DNA of 64,000 nucleotides, from assembly GCA_951406725.2 (NCBI GenBank), contig OX597823.1, positions 100,874,001-100,938,000 of the forward strand, read 5' to 3'. A model generated the notes under the pieces. That model saw only the letters and a list, made by a program, of their open reading frames with translations. It was not told where the DNA came from and did no database searches. The position numbers and the translations under genes were made by a program. Below, piece by piece: positions 27,785 to 39,213 of this stretch (its first letter is position 1; the number at the start of each line of letters is the position of its first letter). This DNA comes from Octopus vulgaris. Taxonomy: Eukaryota.

Positions 27785-28300
27785 CTAGCAGTATCGCCCG
27801 GCGTTGCTCGGGTTTGTAAGGGAAATAACTATATAAGCATTTTTAGAGAGTTACTCCTTTATAGATGCCAATTCGGGCTTTCTTAGCCATTTCTGTTTCG
27901 GTGTTTTCAAGCCATGAAGTCGTTGTTCTAAAAGAACGCTGGTCTCCTTGACAACGCATTACGACGTTGATTTCCTTAAACTCCCTTCCCCACAGCTTCA
28001 CGAGGGAGGGAAGAAGGGGGAGAAGCAAACACAGGTGCAGGTGTTTGAGCGTGGACGCCAACTCCGCCGCCATCGACACACGAAAAATTGTGCATTAAAA
28101 TGGAATAAAAAATGATGTTAAATTATTTTTAAAATCGTAGACTCATCGTAGACGCGCGCTAATAGCCAGACGGGCTTGATATTAATCACGACTATAAGAT
28201 ACCCGAATTTGGTTAAACTGCACCGCAAAATGTGGGAGGAGTTAGGAATCTAAATCGTAGGAGACAGACACTCACACAACTACAGTTTTATATATATAGA
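27785..28300 (-). mobile_element. Non-autonomous Helitron
   Basis: 5' TCTATATATATAAAAC at 28300; 3' CCCGAGCAACGCCGGG hairpin followed by CGATACTGCTAG ending at 27785. Confidence 0.9.
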
Positions 28301-28309
28301 TATATATAA

Positions 28310-28470
28310 ATACAAAATGGGACAAGAACACAAAACATCCAGATAGATGATACAAAAAACACGGACGGGTCATTCGAAGCCTTTAATCTTCAGTCAAGAA
28401 CCGGATCATCCTCACAATTTCGGCTGATTAATCTTGAGATTGCTCCAATCTGGCCAGCCCCAAAGAAAAG

Positions 28471-28472
<2 letters not shown>
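28310..28472 (-). mobile_element. Probable Penelope-like 3' tail fragment
   Basis: Minus strand: CCGAAA..N24..CTGAAGA, then a T-rich tail into (TA)n. Confidence 0.45.
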
Positions 28473-28500
<28 letters not shown>

Positions 28501-28505
<5 letters not shown>

Positions 28506-28822
28506 TAGAAAAAAAACACCTTTTATCAATTCAAAATGAACAATTAAATTTCACCATCTAGAAAATTACATATAATAGAAATATTAAATAGAAAATAACA
28601 ATAATAAACCAATGATTAAGTAAAGTGCAAAATAATAAATAAAACATATATATTTGTTATTCTATCAAATATATACGTTTTATTTATTATTTTGCACATT
28701 ACTTAATCATCGGTATATTATTGTTATTTTATATTTAATATTTCTATTATATATAATTTTCTAGATGGTGTAATTTAATTGTTCATTTTGAATTGATAAG
28801 AGGTGGTTTTTTTCTAATTTTT
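28501..28822. repeat. AT-rich foldback, ~155-bp arms, 9-nt loop, flanked by (TA)n
   Basis: 28501-28656 versus 28666-28822 are reverse complements with scattered mismatches. Confidence 0.92.
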
Positions 28823-28920
28823 ATATATATATTATATTTTGTGAAATTTGATTTAGTATTTCTATATAGAATTTGTCCCTGTACATTAGGAATAATATTC
28901 CCGCAAATTATTATTATTAT

Positions 28921-28963
<43 letters not shown>

Positions 28964-29039
28964 CACACACATATATATTAGATATTAGATATTAGTAATG
29001 AAGTCAGTATTATCACCGGAAGCAGTATTATTATATATT

Positions 29040-29372
29040 TATGAATCTCTACCAAAACTAGAGAAGTTTCAGGTATGGAAGCAAGGTCTAGAATCGAAGG
29101 ACCTTAGATTCAACCTACCAAAAACCATAGTCTTAGTAAGTAGGCAGGCAGATAAATCACAAATCCTTTCAAGTAGATGACCTTGCTCAATCTGTAAAAA
29201 AGGCGTAGGTAGAAACTCCATAAGATGTATATGAGTTAAGCTATGGACATATAAAAGGTGCAGGAATACTAGAAGGTTAACAGGGAAAATAGCTTTGTGT
29301 GTGGAAGGTGCACAGGTACAATAAATACCAGAAATGTACAGAAAATAGACTCTATAAACTGCCAGGCAGGTA
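29040..29372 (+). mobile_element. Internal RTE fragment covering the PHD-like insert
   Basis: KFQVWKQGLESK..NL.KTIVL, matching 54960-55270. Confidence 0.85.
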
Positions 29373-29497
29373 AGCTCCGCTCGAAATGTAAAACCCTCCT
29401 TCTTCCCTTCCTTCCTGAGCATCCAATAATACTATATTTGTTCCACGTCCTCGCGTTGTTATGTTTTCTCTTTGTGTTTTCATGTTTGGATTAACTT
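29373..29497 (+). mobile_element. Probable Penelope-like 3' tail
   Basis: T/G-rich tail (ttgttccacgtcctcgcgttgttatgttttctc...) ending at (TA)n, similar in composition to the other tails. Confidence 0.4.
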
Positions 29498-29503
29498 TAT
29501 ATA

Positions 29504-29597
<94 letters not shown>

Positions 29598-30195
29598 AAG
29601 CAAATAAGTTACAAGGATGTCCAGGTATGGCCGTTTTAGGTGGCTTACATCAAGTTGAAATATACTACCTTCTTCGGATGCAAAAGGCCATATAGGTTTT
29701 CAACATACAGGATGCTCCATTATAAATTTTTAGCAAATTTTTCATCAGAACTAGAGAATAAAAGAATTACATGCTTGTTGCTATTATTGTAGCAAAATGA
29801 ACTTAGAGAGCAAATACCCCAACTATAATTTGGGGTGGCAGAAGAGAATAAGAATGGGTGTCATGAGATGGTAATATAGCTACATTTATCCATCTCCTTA
29901 GCACCATCAAAAGATCTAATGCAGCTATTATACTATGTCCACTAAGGATTAAAATCACTTGGAATTGACAGTTAAGTTTTAGTTGGTGATGATAAATTGA
30001 TTAATGCCAGATACTCTCCCATGATGTAATGCTTGCATTGTTTGATTAAATGGAGCCGCCTGAAACTGCCATAATGCACTTGACTTCCTTGTTACTTATT
30101 TGTTTTTATTCACCTTACTTCAAGCTGTGTGGATAATACCAGGCTGACTTCTGACTTGGTGCCTCAACTTGAGTATCTAATTCAACTGAATCTTA

Positions 30196-30229
<34 letters not shown>

Positions 30230-30230
<1 letters not shown>

Positions 30231-31320
30231 GAAGTGCATTATGATTAGAAAATTTTCAAAAGAAACAATAATTAATTTGAAAGAAGTACAAAACTTTAAT
30301 CTCCTTCAAAGCAGGATCTGACTTCAATGAACTCCAGCCACTTTGTGAAGGCCTCACGGAAATTCTCCAACGCAAAGGTGTCAACAACCCTAGTTACAAT
30401 CTCCATCTTCTAATGATTTTAAAACAATTAATTCTGAGGTTCTCCTTCAATTTGAGGAACAACCAAAAGTCACAGGGAGCTAGACACTACAGAGGGTGAG
30501 GGACAATTTTGATGTCCATCTCTATCAAGTAGTTTGTTACCAGGGGATGGAATTGTGCACTGATGCAGTGTCCAGGTGCTGGTGCCAATGATTCAAGTGG
30601 AAGTGATCTGGCCTTATGTGATGAGATCTCTTTCTAAACCCCCACAAAACACTCTTTGTTGACCATCTGGCCAGAGGGAGCCCAGTGGATATAGATGGTG
30701 CCCTTGCAGTCAAAAAAGAGGATCATCATTAGCTTCACAGTGGACTTGCTTTGCCAGGCCTTCTTGGGTCTATGGGAGCCAGGATGCTTCCATTAGACAC
30801 TCTGTCTCTTGGTGTCTAGATCATAACACTATTTTGTCACAAGTCACCAGAGAGTACTCTTGGATCGGAGCCAATGAGTTCAACCATCTCCTTGCTGTCA
30901 CCAATGTGTCTTTCCTTCTATTCATCACTAAGCACCCAAAGAACAAACTTCCCACAAATTTTGTAGATGTTCAGATCTTGATGAATAATTCTGTGTACAG
31001 TTACCACACCAACTCCAAATTGTATGTTTATTCTCTTTATAGACACATGGCAGTCTTCATCCAGAAAATTCTGAATTTTCTCAACTAGCACTGATGTTGT
31101 GACATCCATCTCCCTCCCACACCTCTTATTGCCTCCTACCTCCTTTCTCCTGTCCTTGAACCTCTTGTCTGTGAAAAATATGCTTAGATCATGCACGTTA
31201 ATCCATAAGCCTTCTGGAGCATTTCATAAGTTCCTGAAGTGTTATTGCCCAGTTTAATACAGAACTTCCAAATCTAGGACAGTTATATCTGCCTCTTCTT
31301 GAAAAAGTTTCAAAACTTCT
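30230..31320 (-). mobile_element. Old mariner transposon relic
   Basis: KICGKFVLWVLS (WVPR-region-like) and PHP..LAPCDFW remnants; heavily decayed, ends approximate. Confidence 0.65.
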
Positions 31321-31426
31321 GGAAAGCATACATATGCACACATACACACAAGTGCACGCACATACATGTGCATACACACACACATTGAAACACATGCACC
31401 TCTCTCTCTCTCTATATATATATATA

Positions 31427-31810
31427 TCTCTCTCTATATAAACGGCAGTTTGTCTGTGTGTGTTTCTGTGTGTCTGTTTTCTCGTACCCTCACCCTGACC
31501 ACGGCTTTCAACCGATTCTGATGAAACTTGACACACACATAGCCCAATGTCATAATTCAAAACTAACGCAGAGAAAATTTTGAAAAGTTTCCCCAATTCT
31601 GAAAAAGATCGATAAATTCGACATGGGGTCGAGAATCAGAAACACAAACCACAGATGGTCTAGGGGACGCAACTCGACCTTTTTAACTATCAAAAAAATT
31701 TACCATAATTTTTTCCCCCATTTTTTTGCTATTTTTTGGCTATAACTCTCTAAAAAGGCTTTATAGTTATTTCCCTTACAAACCCGAGCAACGCCGGGCG
31801 ATACTGCTAG
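31427..31810 (+). mobile_element. Non-autonomous Helitron with a different 5' region and the shared 3' end
   Basis: A|TCTCTCTCTATATAAACGGCAG ... CCCGAGCAACGCCGGGCGATACTGCTAG|T. Confidence 0.88.
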
Positions 31811-33127
31811 TATATATATATAAATCTATATACTCATACACACATATATATACGCACACATATTTATATATACCAACACCTACATAAAAAAAAAAAACGC
31901 TCACACACAATGACTACCTTAGCTTTAACTGTCTAAACCCTACTCTTAATCTGAAAACAAGTAGAATTCCTCTCCACTCACAACTGAAAGAGACAGCAGC
32001 AAGGTGAAGAAGGGTTTATTTATTAGCTTCTGCTGTAATCCAGGCTGCACCTGTGTGTCTGTTAGTATTATTTCTCCCTTAAGTATTTCATCATTTCTTA
32101 ACATACTACCATAGTAGCAGCAGCGCAATCTCGTTCGAAACATACCCCAACCTCATCCCAATAAAACATTGCCTCACACTATTACTCATACTTCTGTAAC
32201 AGCAACACTTTCTCTTTCTCTTACACGCTTTCTCTCCTATTCTGTCTGTCTTCCTATCTGTCTCTCCTTCTTATTTACTTTTTTTTTCTCAAATGGTTTT
32301 CATCTCCCTTTCGTGTTTTAACTATTTCAGTTTTTTTCTGTTTTCTTTTTGTGTACACACAAACGCACACACGCACATGCATACAGATTCATTCTTACAT
32401 GCACGCACGTAAATTCACACACACATAAATACATACATACATTCAGACTCCACTTATCTGTCTGTCTGTCTCACTCCTCTCTCTCTCTCTCTCTCTCTCT
32501 CTCAAACATACACTCATTTCAATTCCATCTCTCTCTCTCTCTGTTTCTTCATCCCCCTCTTCACTATGTCTCCCACATAAATATTTCCTCTTATTCTCAC
32601 TTCTAATTTTTCTTTCTACCTCCATTCCTCCTCCTCCTCCTTTCTCTCCATCCTCCTCTCTTTCTCCATCCCGCTTCTCTTCCTACTCCTCTGTATCTCC
32701 TCCTCCCTTACACGCTCGCGCTTTACTTATTCTATCTTTTTCACGCGGTCACAGACACACGGACATATACAAACATTGACACATGAACTAGCACACACAC
32801 ATATACATACGTACACATACACTTACACACACATGCACAATTACAAACATTATCTTGTCTGTTTTTCTCTTCCATGCATTTTCACAGACAGAAGCACACA
32901 CAAACACACATGTACGCATATAGAAATACGCACATATACACGTACACGCAAGCACAAATGCACTCATACAAACACACACGCACGAACTAATTTGCCCCCA
33001 CCCCCGCCCCCATAGTTCTGTCTCTCTTCTGTCTTCCTGTCACCTGCTTTTAATGAGTGAGATGGCTGTGGAAATGTGCGTGTGAGTGTTTGTGTGGGCC
33101 TGTATCTCTGTACACACACACGCACAC

Positions 33128-33161
<34 letters not shown>

Positions 33162-33162
<1 letters not shown>

Positions 33163-34128
33163 GGTAATCCCTCGACTATCGCGGATGTTACGTTCCAAAA
33201 AGCCCCGCAACAGTTGAAAATCCGCGAAGTAGAAACAGAACTGTATAGTTTTATTATTTTTATAATTGGTATATATATTTAATTTACGGATCTTTTCCTT
33301 TTGAACGGCAGACAATTTCTAGTTAACTAAACACTTTAAAACTTCGTATACTGGTTGAATGTGTCAAAATAAAACATTTTTTTTCTCTTGGCTTTCTTGA
33401 GAAAATTGTAATTTGTTTGTTTAACGTAGTGTAATTTTTCGAATTTTAACCAATCCTATGCTCTCTTTTGAGCTAAAATCATTTGCTGCGTCTAAAACTG
33501 AGACAACATCCTGTCACTAACCCTAACCCTAATTTTTTTCTTAATTGTTAAATTAATTTAATTGTTACGCGTGTAAAAAAAAAACGAAAGCAATGGAAAA
33601 TGATTTAAACAGTTAACACACAAAATAATTCTATAATTTTATACCCATTTTCCGTGTGTTACGGAAAGCGTGTGTATAAAATTATAGAATTATTTTGTTT
33701 GTTAATTGTTTAAATTATTTTCCATTGCTTTCGTTTTTTTTTACACGCGTAACAATTAAGAAAAAAAAAATTAGGGTTAGGGTTAGTGGCAGGATGTTGT
33801 CTCAGTTTTAGACACAGCAAATGGTTTTAGTTCAATGGAGGTAATCGATTGGTTAAAATTGCCGAAATGCTCGGATTTTCAGACGAAATATCTTACAAAC
33901 TATAGAATTTTCTCAATAAAACCAAGAGAAAATGATGTTTTATAAACACATTCTACCAGTATACGAAGTTTAAAACTTTTTAGTTACCTAGAAATTATGT
34001 TACAAACTGCCGTTCAAAAAGAAAAGATCCTAATTTACTATAAATGCGAAACAACACCACAGAGGAATCAACGTAAGCTTAAATAATAAACCACATTAGG
34101 TGAACCGCGATATGGCGAGGGATTACTG
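33162..34128. mobile_element. pogo/Tigger-like MITE, host of a nested insertion
   Basis: TIRs CGGTAATCCCTCGACTATCGCGG / CCGCGATATGGCGAGGGATTACTG|TA. Confidence 0.8.
33288..34030. mobile_element. 743-bp foldback MITE with GG termini and 8-bp TSD (Merlin-like by inference)
   Basis: GGATCTTTTCCTTTTGAACGGCAG / CTGCCGTTCAAAAAGAAAAGATCC; TSD TAATTTAC at 33280-33287 and 34031-34038; nearly the whole element is palindromic. Confidence 0.88.
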
Positions 34129-34158
34129 TATATATGGATATACACACATACACTCATT

Positions 34159-34200
<42 letters not shown>

Positions 34201-34855
34201 CGCGCGAAAGAAGACAACAACTGCCAAGGTATAACAAGCATCTCAAGTCATACATTATCATTCTTAAATTAGTTGAGGCCTTACAGCTGCTTCTGGGTTA
34301 TCCCAAGTGATAGGCGAGTATGCCTGCATATGGGGTATTCTGTCATCAGAGACAAATAGAGAAAATATGAAGGATCTAGACATGGGAATATTAAGATAAT
34401 AAGTAATGAAACAGAAGAGTAAAGAGTAAGGAAATAAAGTTCACAGTTCATTTTTCCAAGGGTATGGATGCTAGTCCGGATGTTTATAGGTAAAATCCAG
34501 GTAGTATTATAGCAAAGTACCATTAGTGTTTTCGCAGCATAAATATCCAGGCAACATTTTGGCAGAATGGGAATGGTGTGTTCATATAGAGGTGGCTGGT
34601 TTGTGAGAAAGAGAAAGAGAGGCTAATGAGGAGATGGAGAGAAGTAGTTGTGGGGTAGTCTGTCGGTGGTGGGTGGGGGGTAGACACCAATCTTTGTTAA
34701 TGTCCTGTCACCCTCCTCCACCTCCTCTCTCTGACATATAAATATACATACATATATATATATATATATACATACATTATATACATACACATATTCATAC
34801 ATACATATATATATATATACATACATACATACATATATATACATACATACATACA

Positions 34856-34901
<46 letters not shown>

Positions 34902-34906
<5 letters not shown>

Positions 34907-35173
34907 AGATTTCGGAATGGTCATTTTGCTAGTTTAGCCAATAAAAACACACGCACTATATATTTGGTGTTATTTTGCTTCAGTGTTATTTATTTTTTAC
35001 ATTAATCTTAATCTTATTTCGGCCAGAGTTCTTTCGTCACACTCCTGTGACCGCATCAGTGGTCCTTTGTTTTCTTCTCACTTATTTCTCACTGAAGCAA
35101 AATAACACCAAATATATAGTGCGTGTGTTTTTATTGGCTAAACTGGCAAAATGATCATTCCGAAATATAACAA
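34902..35173. repeat. Inverted repeat (84-bp arms) with a hammerhead-like motif in the spacer
   Basis: Arms 34902-34985 and 35090-35173. Minus-strand spacer reads GGACCA-CTGATGCG-GTCAC aggagt GTGAC-GAAA-GAAC-TC-TGGCC (35065-35021), then AATAAA (34994-34989). Confidence 0.88.
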
Positions 35174-35229
35174 TATCTGTTTCAACACACGACTTCACAT
35201 AAAAAATCTTGCACAACAAATATTTAAAC

Positions 35230-35276
<47 letters not shown>

Positions 35277-35349
35277 CCTTAAAATCCTTAAAAATGTTTT
35301 AGCCCGAAGGCCGCGGCCATGCTGGGGCACCACCGCTGAATGAGCTACA

Positions 35350-38300
35350 CTAATTTGTGAATCCACCTCTGTTATGTGGCACTTGATCAACAAGGGAGTT
35401 CGATGCTGCTGCCCGCATCCGCGTCTCCTGTCGTGAGGTAGGCTCATCTGGGACTCCCGACAAGAAGAGATCCAGTTTAGTTTTAAAGAAACCCACATCC
35501 ACACCATGTAAGTCTCTCAGGCATTTAGGGAGGATGTTAAAGAGCTGTGGTCCTCTGAAACCCAAGCTGTTGCAGTATCTGGACCTGTATTTTGATGGTG
35601 ATGTTGGAATCCTTGGCACCATGCAGTGGCGCCCCGTTCTGCGGTTGGAGTAACTTTGAATGCCAAAGTTTGGGACAAGACCCTCCAGGATTTTCCAGAT
35701 GTATATCACTGCATATCTCTCCCGCCTCCGCTCTAGGGAGAAGAGGTTTAATACCTTCAGTCTTTCCCAGTAGCTGATATTTTGCATTGAGACGATTTTC
35801 TTTGTGTAGCTTCTCTGAATTGCTTCGAGTTCTGTTGTTAGTTTTATATTGTGTAGTGACCAAAGTTGGGAGCAGTAGTTCAAGCGGCTGAGGACGAATG
35901 TTTTCCATAGGACCATCAGTGTCTCCTTCTCTCTTGTTCTGAAAGTTCGGAGAATCCATCCAGCTAGCCGTCTGCATTTTATCACCAGATTAGCAATATG
36001 CATTTGGAAAGATGCATCATTGCTCATGTCAATGCCCAGGTCACGCACTGATTTTGACTCAGGGATTGCAATTCTTCCTGGGCCAGTGTATCCAGTCTTC
36101 ACGTCATTTACCTTTGTGTGCCAGTAGCGCAGGGCCTGGAACTTACCTGCATTAAACTGCATGTTGTTGTCCTCAGCCCACCTGTATATTGTGTCCAGCT
36201 CATGTTGCAGATGCGCAATATTTTCAGGGTTTTGTATTGCCTGGGAGACTTTTGTGTCATCTGCATAGCTAGCAAGGGTGGTCATCGTAGCAACTGAAGG
36301 CATGTCTGAAAGGGCCACTATGAACATCAGTGGCCCCAAGACAGTGCCCTGAGGGACACCGCTTGTTATTTGCGTTTCCTTGGAGGTGGCTCCATTGCTC
36401 ACAACTGCCTGTTTTCTGTCTTTTAGGAAGTTGTGCAGCCACTCTCCAAGTTTCCCGCCTATGCCGAGACCACGCAGTTTGTGACAGATCATACCATGGT
36501 CGACTTTATCAAAGGCTTTTGCAAAGTCGAGACCATTCCGAAATATAACACATCCACATTTGAGCCATTTAGTAGCTGTTTCAACACCCAGTCATAGTGT
36601 TGCAGGAGCTGTGTTAGGCAGCCTCTACCTGGTCGAAATCCATGCTGGGTGTCAGACAGCAAGTCATTTTCTTCAAGGAACATGATTAGTTTCTTACGGA
36701 CTATTCGTTCCATGACTTTGCTGATGTGTGAGGTCAGAGAGATAGGCCTATAATTTTTAGCATCTGCTCTGCTACCTCCCTTATGGATAGGGCATATCAC
36801 CCCCTCTTTCAATTTGACTGGGAGCTTACCACATGCAAGAAAGCTCTGAAAAAGAAGCTGTAGCAGTTTTGCAAGGGCTCGATTGCACGATTTGAGAAGG
36901 ATCGCTGGGAATCCATCAGGTCCAGCAGCTGAGTTTGTGTCAATCTCATCAATGGCTAGTGTGATATCATCATCTTCGATGTTGATGTACTCAATTTTTG
37001 TCTCTTTGGCCGCAGGTAAAGTGGCAAAGAATTCTTCTGGGTTGTTTACTTGCCTGTGTCCTAGAGGTGTAGTGAACACACTTTGGAACTGTTCGTTCAG
37101 TATTTCCCTTATCCTCGTGGGATTTCCTGTGAGAGAGCCATCTTTTTGGAAGAGAGGTCCTATTCTCTGGTGCACTGTGGCTGTCTCTTTGGCAAACTTA
37201 AAGAAAGCTTTAGGGTTTGATTTTATATTTTCTATTACCCAAGCTTCTTTATCTGCTCTCTCCTTTTCATGGGACTGATGTAGACTTTTCTCAGTTTCCA
37301 TTAGCATTCTTTCGAGCCTAGACTTCTCACCACTTTTGGTGTGCTTGCTCAGGCGGTTTGCAATCCTTGTCCGTCGTCTCATAAGAATCCTCCTTTCTCT
37401 AGGGATCCTGTTTTTGTTCTTGTGTGTGCTGGCCCTGCACACTGGGACATATTTGTCACATATGGCTTGTATTATGGACATGAAGTGTTTGTGTTTCATG
37501 TTTATGTCCGGCGTGGAGAGACATTCAGGCCAATCCTGTTTGAGGATCTCTTTCTCAATCAACTTCCAGTTGGCTTTATGAAAGTTTAAGTTGGAGAGAT
37601 GGTGGGTGCTTCGTATAGGCTGTGTGTCTACGGGGGCTTTTGTTCCATACATAGACAGCTCTACTATGTTGTGATCCGAGATCATTGTCGGCATCACATT
37701 AACATTATGGATAATATCCATATTGTTTGTGAAGCAGAGATCCAGTATATTATCTGCCCTTGTTGGTTGCAGAACTATTTGCTCCATGAAAGAGGCATTT
37801 GTGAGATGGAGCAGGGACTCCACCTGTGCCTGCTGATGGTGTGTCATCCCTGGGAGCATCTGCCCCCCAGGCCATTCCACATTGGGGAGGTTAAAGTCAC
37901 CCATGAAGAATACACTGTTGTGCTGTTCAAGGTTGGTGATGACTTCTCCTATTTTTGTTAGGCAGTCTTCAAACATGCCTGAGTGTTTTGGGGCATCTGG
38001 TGGGCGATATGTAGTGCATATGACGATATTCAGTTGTCTTATGTGTACAATTTGAGTTTCACATACTGAGTTTGAATATGACAGCAGGACCTGGGGCGTG
38101 AGGTCATCTCGGATGTACATTGCAACTCCACCATGGCTCCTCCCTTTTCTATCTGTGCGTATGACTGCATATTGCGGCATGTGTATTTCTGCACCACCTA
38201 TATCGGGTTCAAGATGCGTTTCTGTGAGTGCCATGCATATAGCTTGATTGCATGTCACAAGGTCTCTCAGGAATGAAATGTTCTTTTTACAGTTTCCGCG

Positions 38301-38366
38301 CAGCAGCCCTCCTACATTCAGTAGAAATATTTTTGTGGTGTGTGTGTTGGTGTCTGTGGTGGCCAT
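35350..38366 (-). pseudogene. LINE ORF2, AP endonuclease + reverse transcriptase, split by one 11-nt insertion
   Basis: LTETHL, TYRPP, GDFNLP, SDHN; YRPISLTS, QHGF, SGVPQGTVLGP, YADDT. Removing 36532-36542 restores VLY-LDFAKAFDKVDH. Confidence 0.92.
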
Positions 38367-38553
38367 CCTGCATCTGTTGGAGGTGGCCTTATGTGGTGGT
38401 AGTTCCAGCTTTGTGCTTGTAGCCAGGTCAGCTGCTGAACAATTTTTTGTGCCATGCACAAAAAAAGATTGCTGTTCAGCTGCCGCCCTTCTCACATCTG
38501 GGTGAAGCTGGCCACCTGTTGGGTTTCCGCGCACCACATCTGCATACCGTCTT

Positions 38554-39213
38554 TCAGTAGTGGTCAGTCAGTGCACCTTTTTCCCTTCTTTTAACTTTTT
38601 CTTTTTGTTCTCCCTGAGGGAGGGACCTCTGTCTCGCGTCCGTGCGGTTTTGGTAGGGCCTCCGATGTGCAAAGCGACAGTTTGCACCTTCGACGCCGTA
38701 CCAGCAGTCCCCCCTCAGGTAGAATTTGCAGATGTTTCTTTCTTTGCCCTTATAGTTCTTGCTGGGGTCCTTTTGTTTTCTCTGGACAGGGTTTCTTTTA
38801 GCTTTGATTTTGTCGCCTTTTACCTCCTGTTTCCCATCAATTTTAGGGTGCTTTTCTTTTCTTGCGGCCATCGCACCTCTTTGGTCTTCAGTTGTGGTGT
38901 TGGGAGCTGGACATGTGTCATTGTTTCCCTGTGTTCTAGGTTTCTCCGTTTGGTTCTGGATGTTTTCTTCATCCTTTTGGCCTTCCCTGGTGCCGTCACC
39001 TCCTAGGATGATGTCCAGGGTGTCTACATGTTGCCTGATTAGAGCGTACGAACAGATAAATTCTCGCTTCTTTCGCTCTATCTGGGCGGTGGTTCTTGAA
39101 AAATTGTTGCTTTTCAGCGCCGCTGCAATAATATTGTTCGGCGAGTCGTCCTCAGCAATCTTCCAAGCGCGGACGAACAATTGCACCTCTCTCGCAGACC
39201 AGTTTCTTGCCAT
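38554..39213 (-). CDS. LINE ORF1 with N-terminal Myb/SANT(trihelix)-like region and a CCCH zinc finger
   Basis: RNWSAREVQLFVRAW...IAAAL...FSRTTAQIERK; CKFYLRGDCWYGVEGANCRFAH. The current stop probably results from a 4-bp duplication at 38564-38571. Confidence 0.75.
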   Translation of the reverse strand: MARNWSAREVQLFVRAWKIAEDDSPNNIIAAALKSNNFSRTTAQIERKKREFICSYALIRQHVDTLDIILGGDGTREGQKDEENIQNQTEKPRTQGNNDTCPAPNTTTEDQRGAMAARKEKHPKIDGKQEVKGDKIKAKRNPVQRKQKDPSKNYKGKERNICKFYLRGDCWYGVEGANCRFAHRRPYQNRTDARQRSLPQGEQKEKVKRREKGALTDHY

